This document shows, one piece after another, positions 1-14,000 of a DNA stretch of 64,000 bases. The stretch lies in assembly GCA_038087875.1 (NCBI GenBank), contig CM075993.1, forward strand, positions 7,194,001 to 7,258,000, written 5' to 3'. The notes beneath the pieces were generated by a model. The model saw only the letters and a list, made by a program, of their open reading frames with translations, was not told the DNA's origin and did not search any database. How positions within the stretch are numbered: position 1 is the first letter of the stretch; every line of letters starts with the position of its first letter. The translations under genes were made by a program, and so were the position numbers. The DNA comes from Malacoraja senta (taxonomy: Eukaryota).

Positions 1-1428
1 ATGTCGATGCCCAGGTCAAGATGGTTGAAAGCTTCAAGTTCCAAGGAGTAAATATCACCAGCAACTAGTCCTGCACTAGCCATATCGAAGCAATGGCCAA
101 GCAAGCACACCAACACCTCTCTTCCTGCACCTGGTGGTGTTGGACCTCAGGCTTCTGTACCTTCCTGCCCAGCGGTAGAGGCGAGAAGAAGGGTTTGCCC
201 GTATGGATGAAGTCCCTGATGATTGATGCTGCCGTCTTGAGGCAGCACCTCGTATAGGTGCTTAAAATGGTGGGCAGGGCTGTGCCCATTATGAACTGGG
301 GTGAATTTGCCATTCTCTGCAGCCTCTTGCATTCCTCTGGGTTCGAATTGCCATACCAGGCCGCGATGCAAACAGCCGGGATAATTTACAGCCTGAGAAT
401 TTGAAGCTGCTATTTCTACCCACTACCAGCCCTCCAATGGAAACTGGTGTGTAGCCTTCCGAATTCCTCCTTCGGAGTCAGCGGTTACTTCCTTGGTTTT
501 GTTCTTTTTTTTTGTTGTTTAGTTTAGAGATACTGCTTGGAAACAGGCCATTCGACCCACCGAGTCCGTGCAGGCCAGCAATCCCCGTACACTAACGCGA
601 TCCTACACACACTAGGGACAATTTACAATTGTACCAAGCCAGTTAACCTACACACCTGTACGTCTTTGGAGTGTGGGAGGAAACCGAATATCCCGGGGAT
701 AACCCACGGGGAGAACGTGCAAACTCCATACAGACAGCACCCGTGAGTGGAATCGCGAGTCGATCCTATGCTTGGCTCGTAGGTGGAAAAATAATAAAGC
801 AACTTTAATTGTAAACCATTGTGGTGTCTGCTGGACATGAGTCATCTGGTTGTGGTGCAGATGACAACCATGAAAGGGACTGGTGAATAATCAACTCTGT
901 GAACAAGATACAAGAGGGGTGATGGCTTTTAAACTAAGATGATGGTGGAGGTAGAATAACTGGGTGCAGTTCACAGGTCCACCACCGGATTTTCCGGCTG
1001 CCGTGGTTCCAGGGCCTTTTTGGATTGTCCGTTTTGCTAGACCAACAGAGGTCACGTCTCCGGGAGGAGTCGAGCGGTATCGGAGCAGGCCGCCGCCGGG
1101 GAACCGAGATACCGGCCTGTGAAGTCGGCTATGGGAATGGATCTGCCGGCTCCAGCCAGGCCGTAGTTCCAGAGCCCCGGCCACAGGTGGCAAATACGAT
1201 CGGCCGCGGAAGTCCCAATGAGGTAGAGATCGGCCGCATCCCCCGGCCTAGGCACCACATTTTTGGGGGGACTTCCGGGGTGGGGGGTTTCAAATGCGTT
1301 GATATAATTTTATAAAGGAGGTGCAGGACCACCAGTTGCCGGATAATCGGTGGTGAGCCTGTAATTATAACTGTGCTAGTGCTCTGAAATATTGCTTTCT
1401 CTTCTGATATTCTTTCCGTTTACTTCAG

Positions 1429-1578
1429 TGGGAGCATGGAACCGGCGTTCCATCGGGGGGACCTGCTATTCCTGACAAACCGCGTGGAAGATCCTATCAG
1501 AGTCGGAGAAATCGTTGTCTTCAGAATTGAAGGGCGAGAAATTCCAATTGTGCACAGAGTGCTGAAGATTCACGAGAA
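1429..1578 (+). CDS. SEC11A: SEC11A internal exon (150 bp)
   Basis: ttcag|TGGGAGC...GAGAA|gtaagt; encodes [11 protein letters not shown]...[10 protein letters not shown]. Confidence 0.96.
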
Positions 1579-4500
1579 GTAAGTGGCCCTGAGCCAGCGA
1601 ACCGTAAACTGAGCCTAAAGTTAGAAACATAGAAAATAGGTGCAGGGATGGGCCATCGTGCCGATATGTTATGATCATGGCTAATCCTAAATCAGTACCC
1701 CGTTCCTGCTTTCTCCCCACATCTCTTGATTCCGTTAGCCCTAAGAGCTAAATCGAATAGCCCTGTCCCACGGTACGAGTTCATTCCAAGAGCTCTCCCG
1801 AGTTTAAAAAAAATCAAACTCGTGGTAAGCGCGGAGAATGAACGTAGCGGGTACGTCGGAGCTCGGGGACGTCTCTTAGCGCTAACGGCAGGTAATAATA
1901 ATAATAATAAATTTTATTTATGGGCGCCTTATACCAAAGTCTCAAGGACACCTTACAGAGTTTAACAAGTAAGAAACATATAATCGGAGTAAAATAAATT
2001 ATAAAGACATCACCAATACACAAATTAAAGACAGAATTCGATCCAAAGACAAAAACAAAAAAAATTCGGGGGAATCAGGGGAAATAAAGCATGGGAAGAC
2101 TCGTGAAGATTTTTCAACATGATGAAAAATGTCCACGAGAGCCCCGAGTAACTGATGAGTGGCCATTACCATAAATCTCCCGAGTTCGAATCAGGGCAAA
2201 CCCTGGAATGAACTCGTACCGTGGGACAGGGGTTTAACTCTCTCTTGAAAATATCCAGTGAATTGGCCAGTTGCTTACGTTATCCCCTTTCTGTACGTGT
2301 TTCCCTGTGTTGGGGTGGGACTCTTCTTTCCTTTTTACCCCGCCCCACTGGAAATTGGCATAAATGCTGATTTTAAAATGCTTTGGCCATTTTCCCCTTC
2401 AAATATCCCACCCTATCCCGAAAGGGTTGTGGTGAGAAGTGCTGAATATATTGTTCCAGTTTGAATTGCTAATCAACACTGCAATAGATCATGAAGTTCT
2501 GATTTTTTTTCCTGCTTATAACTTGCTGTGCTTTCCCCTGTCAAAGCCCCCACTCTAATTATAGAATAAAAATTAGATGAACAAAAAGTTAGTTTTTATA
2601 ATTACAAGTCCTTTCGAATTGTACTGGATTCCAATCTGTCCCCTTGTTCAGCCCATCCTTTCACGGTGCCAACCTCGCTTGGCTCATGCTTTACATGCCC
2701 TGAGCCTCCCTTTATCCCCCTTGTATGATGTGTTGAACCACACCCTGTCCCATTGGCAAATGTCAACTTTTATTTGATTCTGCATTGGGTTCTTTGGTCC
2801 AATGAAGGTTGCTATATCTTTACTTTAATGTATGTACTTTAGAAATACTGCATGGAAACATGCCCTCTGCCCACCAAGTCCGCACTAATCATTGATCACC
2901 CATTGACTAGTTCTACGTTATCCCACTTTTGCATCGCACACATTAGGGGCAATTTCCAGAAGCGAATTAACCTATAAACCCGCACGTCTTTGGAGCGTGG
3001 AAGGAAACCGGAGCACCCTGGAGAAAACCCACGTGGTCACTGGGAGAGCGTACAAACTCCGTACAGACAGCACCCGTAGTCAGGATCGAACCTGGGTCTC
3101 TGGCACTGTGAGGCAGCAGCTCAAACGTTGCACCACTGTGGTCGGCAAGGGAAAATTGGTCCGAATTGCCTATTTCCATGCTGTATGACTCTATGTAACT
3201 GGAAGCAGTTGGCGCAGTTTGTCAATTTTAATATTTGCCAATTCATAAATCATGCTCTCCAAGCCTCTGCTCAATGTGTAGACCTGATGCTAAAGGAATG
3301 ATTGCTTTGCTGCAGAGAAAACGGAGACATCAAGTTCCTGACAAAAGGTGACAACAATGCTGTGGATGACAGAGGCCTCTATCGCCAGGGACAACATTGG
3401 CTCGAGAAGAAAGATGTTGTGGGAAGAGCTCGTGGGTAAGTTGCCTATTTTGTTTCACATCCGTTTCCTTCAGATGGGAGGGCTCGCCAAGATTTAAGAA
3501 GTGGCTCCGTTGAAGGAATGAAATATTATCTTCTGAAATAGAGCAGGAAAAGAAGGCAAATGACAGATGCCAGGCCATCAACACAAGTCAGGACCAGGCT
3601 GAAGCTCAGAAGTAAAGAATCGGAGAGCAGGAGAAAAGATCAGCGGCAAAGGGCATCTGTAAATACTCATCTGGGATTTGAACAAGAAGCGTTAAGAAGG
3701 TGGCGCTGAGCAGAGGTTTAGTTTAGAGTAGAGATACAGCGCGGAAACAGGCCCTTCGGCCCACCGAGTCTGCGCCGTCCACGCACTACCACTGTCCTAC
3801 ACACTAGGGACAATTTAAAAATCCGCCCATCTTTGGAGTGTGGGAAGAAACTGGAGCACCCGGGGAAACCCCACGCGGTCACGTGGAGAAGGTAAAACTA
3901 CAGACAGCACCCATAGTCAGGATCGAACCCGGGTCTCCTGTGCTGTAATGCAGCAAGTTTACTGCTGTGTCACTTAGCCGCCTAGAGATACATTTTCTTG
4001 AAGGCTGCGATACTCTCTGGGTACATGACTTTTCACCGAGGAGGAAGAGTATGCTGGAAGCTCAACAGATGAGCATGTATTGGGGGGAGGGGGGACACGC
4101 ACCTTGTTGGAGTAACTCAGTGGGTTAGTCACTAATCCATGTTCTCCAGAGATGCTGCCTGAATAGATGAGTTACTACAGCGCTTTGGGCAGTTTTTTTT
4201 GTAAACCTGCATCTACAGTTTCTTGTTTCGACATATATTTGATTTTGGAGGTACTCAGCGGGTCATGCGGCATCTCTGCGCAAACGTGGGTCGGTGACAT
4301 TTTGGTTCAGGTGACGAATGGTCCTGATCTGAAATGTTGCTTCCACATGTTCACCATTAGTATGTACAGACTACAGCAGCACTACATTTTACAGCCCTGC
4401 ACTATAATAAGTTATAGGAGCAGAAGTAGGCAATTTGGCCCATCAAGTCTACTCCGCTATTCAATCATGGCTGATCTATCTTTCCCTTTCAACCCCACAA

Positions 4501-7500
4501 CCCTTGACACTCGTACTAATCAAGAATCTATCTATCTCTGCCTTAAAAATATCCATCCTTCCTAACTAATCAGCCTTCCTAATTGCCCGGTTCAGAATCA
4601 GTGAACAAGTGCATTTAGAAAGATGATCTTTCCAAACTTCCAATATCAGACGATAGATTATAAATTTTAAGCAGTACACAGTTTCTATGACCAAAGCATA
4701 GGATAGGTGCATTATTGTACATGGCTGAAGTGTGAAATAGTTTTGTTTTGTGGTACATGGTGATGGGTAAATCTTCGAGATGTTTTTGCATCTTTCCAAC
4801 CTCCATAGTACAAATGCCAGATATATTTTGCTGCTCTTGCTATTGGCAGCCTGTCATCAATTATGTAATGCAAATGCTTTACTGTACATGCTGGTGACAG
4901 TGGTGGTGGCTGGTGATTTATTTTTGGCCCTGTTTGAGAGCTGAAAGTTTGTGCAGATTAACAGCTCTGTTTTTACACTTGTAACTTGTTCCAATTTTGT
5001 CCAACGTTCTTGATCCCAAGATACTGGAGCCTCCCTCCCTAAATATGTGACAGCTCTTGTATTTGTTCCATGAGTACAGAACGAGTTGTCTAATGTCCTG
5101 AGCTCTGTATTACAAATCATTCTGATGCTACCTAATTTAAGGGTGGCACAGTGGCACAGCTGGTAGAGCTGCTGCCTCGGAGACCCAGGTTAGATCCTGA
5201 CCCCAGGTGCTGCCTGTGTGGCATTTGCACCGCATGTGACCCTGTGACATCGTGTGATTCCTCCGGATGCTCCCATTTCCTCCCACAACCCTAAGACGTA
5301 TGAGTTTGTGAGTTAATTGGCCTCTGCAAATTGCCCCTGGTGTGTAAGGAGTGGGTGAGAAAGTGGGATAACATAGAACTAGTGCGAATGTGTGATCTAC
5401 GGCTGGAGTGGACTCGGTGGGCCGAAGAGCCTGTTTCATGCGCTATCTCTAAATTAAACTAATCTAATATGCAAGATAGACACAAAATGCTGGAGTCAGG
5501 CAGCATCTTTGGAGAAAATGGATAAATGACGCTTTAAGTACATGCCTTACTGGTGTCAGTTGCCCAACATCCAAACACACTATTTTGATAAATCTTAAAA
5601 TAATGTTGTCATTTCTAGCTTTAAGAGAGAGAGAATTCAGAATTGTGCACATTGAACATAGTGTTCATGTATAAAATAGACAAAAATGCTGGAGAAACTC
5701 AGCGGGTGAGGCAGCATCTATGGAGCGAAGGAAATAGGCGACGTTTAGAATCTGTCTTCTATCTGAAGAAAGGTCTTGACCCAAAATGTCGCCTATTTCC
5801 TTCGCTGCATAGATGCTGCCTCACCCGCTGAGTTTCTCCAGCATTTTTGTCTACCTTCGATTTTCCAGCATCTGCAGTTCCTTCTTAAACATAAGTATAA
5901 AATAGTGCTATTTCATTGAATCCCAGAACACAGAGGTTTTTAGGGTTTTCATACTTCCTTTCACACATATATAATGTCTAATTTTTATCGGATCCCTGGG
6001 AATGTAGAAAAATACCATAAAATAAAACTTTAAACTTACGAGCTACCCATTAAGGAACGGATTACAAATATCTGGAAAAATCCTTTTTGAGGATACTTGC
6101 AGATATGTGAAATTTAGTTCTGTTTAGTTTCGAGATACAGGCCCACCGAGTCTGCGCCGACCAGCGATCCCCGCACATTAGCATTGCCCTACACACACTG
6201 GGGACAATTTTACATTGATACCAATTAACAGCCAATTAACCTACAAATCTGTAAGTCTTTGGAGGGTGGGAGGAAACCGAAGAGCTCGGAAAAAAAACCA
6301 CGCAGGTCACGGGGAGAACGTACAAACTCCGTGCAGACAAGCACCCGTAGTCAGGATCGAACTCAGGTCTCTGGCACTGTAAGGCAGTAGCTCTAACGCT
6401 ATACCACCGTGCTGCCCAATATTTAAGAACTGAGTCTAATTGATTTACAATCTGTATCTACATTTGTACAGAGTATTTAAGTTCCCATATTGTGGGGATA
6501 TGAACATTTGTAAGTCAGTTACATGATTGTTTTAATCTCAGCCATCTGTGAGCAGTGCTCAGTACTAAATGCATTACTCCAAACCATGTAGCACTGGTAC
6601 TGCAATTAATTACACCATGCTGATGAGCTTTTTGTAGCGTTAGTGTTCTGGTTAAATGAATCCTGTGCGACTCGCTATAATTTTCCACAATGATGCAGCG
6701 GTCGAGTTTTGCACTGGTGAGTTTGGCTCAGGTGCAGCACTTCAACCCGATATCCATTTGGGAATAACTCAGCGGGTCAGGCAGCATCTCTGGAGAAAAG
6801 AGATGGGTGACGTTTCGGGTTGGGGCCCTTCGTCAGTCTGAGGAGGGCGACCTGAAATGTCACCTGTCCTTTTTCTCCAAAGATGCTGCCTGACCCGCTG
6901 TGTTACTCCAGCACTTTGTGCCTTTCTTCGTTCAGCATCTGCAGTTCCTTTTTACACATTTTGGCTCCTCCACTGCAAAATATGCTCAAGGTTCTCCTCT
7001 CTGAGTCTGAAGAAGGATCCCAACCCGAAATTTCACCCATCCTTTTCTCCAGAGATGAAGCCTGATCCGTTGAGCTGCTCCAGCACTTTGTGTCTATCTT
7101 TGGCATAAACCAGCATCTGCCGTTCCTTTCTAAATATCCATTTGGATGTGTTTAATTAAAGGCCTTGTACGAAAATGGAATGAAGCTGCTTGCAGTTGAT
7201 TTGATATTGGAGGAGCTACAAATGTAGGTGTTGAGTATTGCAATCTGACCAAAAGTGACATTACTATTGAACCTAACTACCTTGAAACCAGAACAGCTAA
7301 ACGTTCCCCCATTCCACTTCATAAAGAAGAAGGGTCTCGACCCGAAACGTCACCTATTCACCCGCTGAGTTTCTCCAGCATTTTTTGTCTACCTTCGATT
7401 TTTCCAGCATCTGCAGTTCTTTCTTAATCATAAACAAACGTGTTTTGACTTGTTGGGAAATGCTTTTTCTGTAGCATTCTCACATTTATTCCCACCTTGA

Positions 7501-8836
7501 GGAGAGATTCATATTTTTTCTCCCCCAACAAAACTATGATTCATAATTAACATTGGATTTTTAAGGCTATATTAGTGTGAGGTTGTATCCCAGAAACCAG
7601 GGTACAACTGCACGCTGATGATCAATGGCCGCTCTCATGCATAATGAATAGCTGCAGGAGTAAGCTCCAACATTTATGAAATGAAAACGGGAAATATTCT
7701 GGGGCAGAGAGAATTCTCAGTTGAAGCCGTCATAGAGCTATATACATCTTAGGGCGGCACGGTGGTGCAGCGGTAGAGCTTACAGCGCCAGAGACCCGGG
7801 TTCAATCCTGACTACAGGTGCTGTCTGTATGGAGTTTGTAAGTTCTCACCGCGACCTGCGAAGGTTTCCTCCGAGATCTTCGGTTTCCTCTCACACTCCA
7901 AAGACGTACAGGTTTGTAGGTTAATTGGCTTGGTAGAAATGTAAACTTGTTCCTAGTGTGTATAGGGTAGTGTTGATGTGCAGGGATTGCTGGCCGGTGC
8001 AGACTCGGTGGGCCGAAGGGCGTGTTCCGCGCTGTATCTCTAAACTAAACGTGTAAAACAGGCCTTTCGGCCCATCTTGTCTATGCTGACCAAATTAGCT
8101 TGGTAGGCTAGATCTATTTGCCTGCACTGGCCCATATTCCTGTAAACCCGTCCTGTCCAAACTCCTTTTAAAACTCATGATTGTATCCGCTTCCACACGT
8201 ACGGACTCCCCTCTGAGCAAAAATGTTGCCGCTGAGGTCCCTCTTAAATCTCTCCCTTTTCATCTTAAGCCTATGTCCTCTAATTTTTTTAACGCTCTAT
8301 CCTGAGAAAAAAGACTGAGAGTTCACTTTATCCGTTATTCACTTTCACCCTTGTAATTTTGTACCTGTCAATAATGTCACTCTCAGCCTCCTTCCCTCCA
8401 AAGAAAAAAGTCCCAGCCAAAGGAAAAAGTCCTTGGAAGAAGAAAGCTTGAAGAGAGATGTGGACTGCAATAAATTACAATGTGGTGGTTGTATTTGGCT
8501 CCATCTGATACTGAGTGACTCCAGCACTATGTATTTTTGTACACACCAGCATCTGTACTTCCTTGTATCTCCATTGATGAATCAAGTTATCAATCTGTAC
8601 TTGAGATTGACAATGCTCGCAAGGCTGCATCTCACCTATTAATAATTAAATGATTACAATTGCGTGTTTTTACATTTTGACTTCGACATTACAAATTTGT
8701 TCATGACCTTAACACATTTGATCTTGTTTTTTCCAGGTTTGTCCCTTACATTGGCATAGTGACCATTCTTATGAATGACTACCCCAAATTTAAGGTAACC
8801 TTAATTGAGTGGTGTTTCTGGTGCTTATGTTTAGTG

Positions 8837-8869
<33 letters not shown>

Positions 8870-8958
8870 TTTTGCTTCATTTAACGGTGTGTTGACCTGT
8901 TCCCCAGTACGCAGTGCTCGTTTTGCTGGGACTGTTTGTGCTGGTCCATCGAGAGTAA
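1429..8958 (+). CDS. SEC11A: Signal peptidase complex catalytic subunit SEC11A, 3' part (exons 1429-1578, 3316-3435, 8737-8794, 8908-8958; 5' exons lie upstream of the window)
   Basis: Spliced translation [125 protein letters not shown]. All introns are GT-AG with consistent phases, and the gene sits next to NMB as in other vertebrates. Confidence 0.96.
1758..2234. mobile_element. Harbinger-type MITE carrying an internal AT-rich insertion
   Basis: TIR AGCCCTGTCCCACGGTACGAGTTCATTCCA; interrupts a CR1 3' UTR; TAA on the right flank. Confidence 0.75.
3316..3435 (+). CDS. SEC11A: SEC11A internal exon (120 bp)
   Basis: tgcag|AGAAAAC...CGTGG|gtaagt; encodes [16 protein letters not shown]. Confidence 0.96.
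5141..5462 (+). mobile_element. HE1-like SINE
   Basis: Same tripartite structure as 7752-8050. Confidence 0.75.
6122..6417 (-). mobile_element. HE1-like SINE
   Basis: Reverse-complement copy of the family. Confidence 0.75.
7752..8050 (+). mobile_element. HE1-like tRNA-derived V-SINE (representative of about 20 copies)
   Basis: tRNA-like head (GGTGGTGCAGCGGTAGAG...GGTTCAATCC), central GGTTTCCTC(C)CACACTCCAAAGAC domain, CR1-like tail GGGCCGAAGGG...(CTAAA)n. Confidence 0.8.
8737..8794 (+). CDS. SEC11A: SEC11A penultimate exon (58 bp)
   Basis: ttccag|GTTTGTC...TTTAAG|gtaacc; encodes [19 protein letters not shown]. Confidence 0.95.
8908..8958 (+). CDS. SEC11A: SEC11A last coding exon
   Basis: cccag|TACGCA...GAGTAA; encodes [16 protein letters not shown]. 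Confidence 0.95.
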   Translation, partial: YAVLVLLGLFVLVHRE

Positions 8959-11599
8959 AAGACGGAAGGACATCGTCTGAGGAGAGCAGTGGAGTTTCAC
9001 ACTCGGGGCCAAATGTTCCAGGTGACCAATAGTCGTGCGATCCTGCAGCTATTCCCAGGGACTCCTGCTTCCTGACAGATGTTGATTCGGTGTTTTTAAT
9101 GAAGATCTGTGCCGTAGAACCATTGAATGATGGACAGAAAGATGCCATCTACTGTGCAAACGCTTTTGGATTCTGCATCTTAAATTTCTAGTGCAAAGTG
9201 ATCATTGGCTTATCTGGCAGAGAGGAGGAAGTGGTGGGGGGGGGGAGGGGGGGTATTGTCGGCAGTGGGCGGTTTTAAACCCAGGGTTGCAATTCCTAGC
9301 TTGGACCTTGTGCGGTTTGCAGTAGATGTTTCGGTATAGATTGAAAGTGTTCCATCTTGCAGTCAAAATGTGTAGGAAGGAACTGCAGATGCTGGTTTAA
9401 ACCGAAGGTTGATACATGAAGCTGGAGTAACTCTGCGGGTCAGATTGCATCTCTGGAGAAAAGGAAGAGGTGACGTTTCGGTCAAGTCTGAAGATACCTG
9501 AAAAATCACCCATTCCTTCTCTCCCGCGATCCTGCCTGACCTGCTGAGTTGCTCCAGCTTTTTTGTGTCTATTTTCTATCCTGCAGTGTTGTGTGTTGGC
9601 TCTCTGCTGACAGACATCACAAGCGCATCGCCTCCCCTCAGTGCCAGCTTTATGGTTCAGTGACCAACTCAGACACTGACCAGAGGGCCGTTCTCCCTGT
9701 GATTGAATTTGCCCGAAACTGCCTCCTGCACCTCACTAGTGAATCCCAGTCTATCCCAGCAATCCCAACTGCAGTGTATACACTCCCATGGACAGGAGCT
9801 GACACTTGTAAATCCCCAAAGATGGTTAAAACCAGGGCCAAGCATATAGCACAACCAGGTAATCATCTTTGGTAAGATAGAAAATGCCCAGATTCTCAGC
9901 TTTAATTACAGGCCACCATTTTGAGATGAATTCCAGAATTTAAAGTGTATCAATTTTGGACAGTTATGTATTCTTGTACAATTGTGTTACATATATGGTG
10001 CAATTGGGAATCTTATCATTGTGTGATTAAAATCAACATGTGAAATAGGCAGCAGGTGGAACCACATCTGTGGAAAGAAAGCCATTAATGTTTCAGATCC
10101 AACGTTCTTCGGTGCTGCTTGGACGTAGAATACGAGTTAGTTTGGGTGGAACTGTTAACTGCTCTGCTTGCCATAGATGCTGCCTGACCTGCTGAGTGTT
10201 TGCAGCGTTTTTTTATTTCGAGTCTCCAGTACCTGCAGGTTTTATTTTGATTTTCATCTTCTCTTTCCAGTCTTACTGGAAGGAATGATGGCACACGGCT
10301 GGTGTTTTTTTTATTTGCATTTAGGACAGATTTTTGGCAATCTCTTTGAGCTGAAGACAATTGATTTTACAATGTATTGCACAAAATGGGCAATACCCTG
10401 CTGGGAATCTTAATATATCAGAACATAAGAAATAGGAGCAGAAAGAAGTATGCCATCCAGCTCTTCACACCTGCCCTGCCATCCATCAGAGTTGTGTCTG
10501 GTCTAATATCACAGCAGCATTTTCCATCCACACATCCCTAGATTTCTCCCCTGATATCGAAGAAATCTCTTGGCCTCTTTCTTGACTACACTCAGTAACT
10601 GAGCACTGGAGGGTAGAGAATCCCAAAGATTTGTCCCCATGTGACTGAAGCAATGCCCCCTCTGATCAATCTGAAATGGCCGTCCCTATGTTCGGTAACA
10701 GTGTCCCCTGGCCCGAGATGACTCAACCAGGGTAACTACCTCCTTGCATCTAGCTAGTCACACCCTTGTGTGTGTGTGTGGGGGGGGGGTCTGGCAAGGA
10801 TCAATAAGACCACTTTTCCCAAACTCTGGAGACTACAATCCCAATCTACTCCATCTCTCATGTTGTTACTGGGACCTGTCGAGTATTAACTACCATTTGC
10901 TTTTCTCCGCGCTTTTCATCACATTTATTTGAAGGGGGGGGGGGGGGGCTGCATACAATTAGATTACTTTGTGCTGAGATCCTGCCAGTTAAATCATAAT
11001 TGAGTGTTAAGGACTATACAGATGAACCCTGGTACATACTCTTGCTTAGTCCAGTAAAGCTATATCTTCAAATATTAATATGGCTCTCTGCAGCTGCTTG
11101 TTAACTGGTAATAGGCAATATGATCAGTGCTTATCTCTCATTTTAAACACATGGGTCTTTTATGGACATTGTTAGTATTTTTGTGCTTCAAATTGCACAA
11201 AATCTCTGCTCATTCTTTCTTCTTTTGGACTTGCTCTCTGCACCAACTTTTCAATTCCGCCCTGCCATTTTATTTTAAACAACAAACTGAATTAGATTTG
11301 TGCTCATCCTCGACTTTTCCTTGCAACCAGCAAAATCAAAAATTCTTTGGTAACCCCGTGAAAATAAAAGTGTTTGCTGGTTTTAATTTGCAGTTGAATT
11401 ACACAACACTGAATCTGACTTTGTTGTACTGTCATTGAGATTGCCAGCGTGATATTTTGGAAGCAGAGTCCCTTGTATTCATGATGATTCCAATTTACTT
11501 TGTACGGCTATACTGTGAGAAACTGTGGCCCTGTACCCTCAAGAAGTCACTTCTCAAGAATCTTGTTGGGGTTGGTGAGTTGGGGGTAATCAGTGCATC

Positions 11600-11605
11600 A
11601 ATAAA
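11600..11605 (+). terminator. Candidate SEC11A polyadenylation signal
   Basis: AATAAA followed by T/GT-rich sequence (tttgtgtattcttt) at the end of a largely unique AT-rich stretch; other AATAAA hexamers are nearby. Confidence 0.4.
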
Positions 11606-13516
11606 ACCATTTCTGTAATTTGCAGTTTTGTGTATTCTTTATTGAGTGTTATAAATGTCACGAGCTACCTCGCATTTGGTGGTAATAAACTGTTCCTCAA
11701 TCTCCACGCCATCATCCCATCATGATCACACACAGGCAGGAGATTAGTTTAAACTGATATGTACGGCACAGACAATTATGGGCTGTATGGTTGTACTTTC
11801 AAAGATGAAATTCTGCACTGTTATTCTTCAAAGATGTTGTCAAGCTGGAAATGGTGCAGGGAAGATTTACGAAGATGTTTAGTTCAATTTAGAGATATAG
11901 CGCGGAAACAGGCCCACCGAGCACACCGACCAACGATTCCTGCACACTTACACTATCCCACACACACACACACACACACACACTAGGAACAATTTACAAT
12001 TATACCACGCCAATTAACCTACAACCCTGTACGTCTTTGGAGTGGGAGGAAACCGGAGATCACGAAGAAAAAGCACGCAGGTCACGGGGAGAACGTACAA
12101 AGCACAGTTCAGATAGGCACCCACAGTCAGGGTCGAACCTGGGCCTCTGGTGCAGTAGGTGCAGCAACTCTACCGCTAGGAGCACTTCTCTTGGAGTGCA
12201 TGAGGATGAGGTGTGATCCTATAGAAGTGTACAAAATCATGAGAGGAATAGATAAGGTAAACACACAAAGTCTCTTGCCCAGAGTTGATTCGAGAACTAG
12301 AGGACATAGGTTTAAGGTGTGAGGGGGAAGATTTGATAGGAACCTGAGGGGTAACGTGAAGTTTAAGAAAACGTTTTGGATAGGTACATGGATAGTATGA
12401 GTTTAGAGGGCTCTGGGTCAAGCACAGGTGGGTGGGACTAGTATAGATGGGACATGTTGGTCGGTGTGAGGGAAGTTGGGCCGAAGGGCCTGCTTCTACG
12501 CAGGACTCCACATCTGAAAGTTACTCAGTTCAGTTTATAAAGACAGCACTGAACAGAATGTTTGGGGGGGAAATCCTCCCAAGTGCCATGAGATGATGTC
12601 TGAAGAAGGGTCTCGACCCGAAACGTCAACCATTCCTGTCCAGAGATGCTGCCTGTTCCGCTGAGTTTTGTGTCTCCAACGATGTTAACGTGTACCAGTG
12701 ATACAGCTTCAATGAAATCGAGACGCAAGGAATTGCACACAGTCTTAGAATAAAGGGGAAGCCATTTAAGACTGAGGTGAGAAAAAACTTTTTCACCCAG
12801 TGAGTTGTGAATTTGTGGAATTCCCTGCCACAGAGGGCAGTGGAGGCCAAGTCACTGGATGGATTTAAGAGAGAGTTGGATAGAGCTCTAGGGGCTGGTG
12901 GAATCAAGGGATATGGGGAGAAGGCAGGCACGGGTTATTGATTGGGGACGATGATCACAATGAATGGTGGTGTTGGCTCGAAGGGCCGAATGGCCTCCTC
13001 CTGCACCTATTTTCTATGTTTCTATGCAGATGCTGGAATCTCGCGTAGACCACAGCGCTGGAATATCTCAGTGGGTCAGTCTGAAGAAGGGTCCCGCACC
13101 GAAACATTGCCTGTCTCTCTTCCACAGTCTCGCCTGACCAGCTGAGTATCTCCAGCGCGTTGTGTTCCATTCAAATTGAAACACTGTTGGCGAGCTTCCT
13201 GGTTTTCCTTTTGTCCTTCCTCCTTAACCCTCCGTGTGACTCCAGCAGGCCACTCACTACCATCAGGGGAGCCCAGAGGACCAGAGAATCGAGCTGGCTA
13301 CTACGGACGCGATGAGTGGGTCAGTCGGAGAGGCCGAGGGAGCAGGGTATTGCCTTCAAGCTTCCAGCGCCAGGACACACAGAGGGACGTCAGTTCGCAG
13401 GCCTGCAGCAGCGTGGGGCTCACCTGGATCAGGGTCGCTCTAGTCTTTCCAACATGTGGTTCTGACTTCCTCGTTGTAAACGGCGGCAACATATGGCAAC
13501 ACTGCATTTGTGGGTT

Positions 13517-14000
13517 AGACAATACACAATAGGTGCAGGAGTAGGCCATTCGGGCCCTTCGAGCCAGCGCCGCCATTCAATGTGATCATGGCTGATCATC
13601 CCCAATCAGTACCCCGTTCCTGCCTTCTCCCCATATCCCCTGACTCCGCTATCTTTAAGAGCCCTATCTAGCTCTCTCTTGAAAGTATCCAGAGAACCGG
13701 TCTCCACAGGGAGAGAATTCCACAGACTCACCACTTTCTGTGAGAAAAAGTGTTTCCTCGTCTCCGTTCTAAATGGCTTACTCCTAATTTTAAACTGTGG
13801 CCCCTGGTTCTGGACTCCCCCAACATCGGGAACATGTTTCCTGCCTCTAGCGTGTCCAAACCCTTAATAATCTTATATGTTTCAATAAGATATCCTCTCA
13901 TCCTTCTAAACTCCAGAGTGTACAAGCCCAGCTGGTCCATTCTCTCAGCATATGACAGTCCTGCCATCCCGGGAATTAACCTTGTAAACCTACGCTGCAC
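13517..14000 (-). mobile_element. CR1 LINE 3' fragment
   Basis: [35 protein letters not shown] plus 3' UTR. Confidence 0.85.

Noticed and set aside
7752..7825. tRNA-like sequences with A and B boxes, many copies
   Set aside because: They are SINE heads that continue into the V-domain and LINE-like tail; no standalone tRNA cloverleaf.
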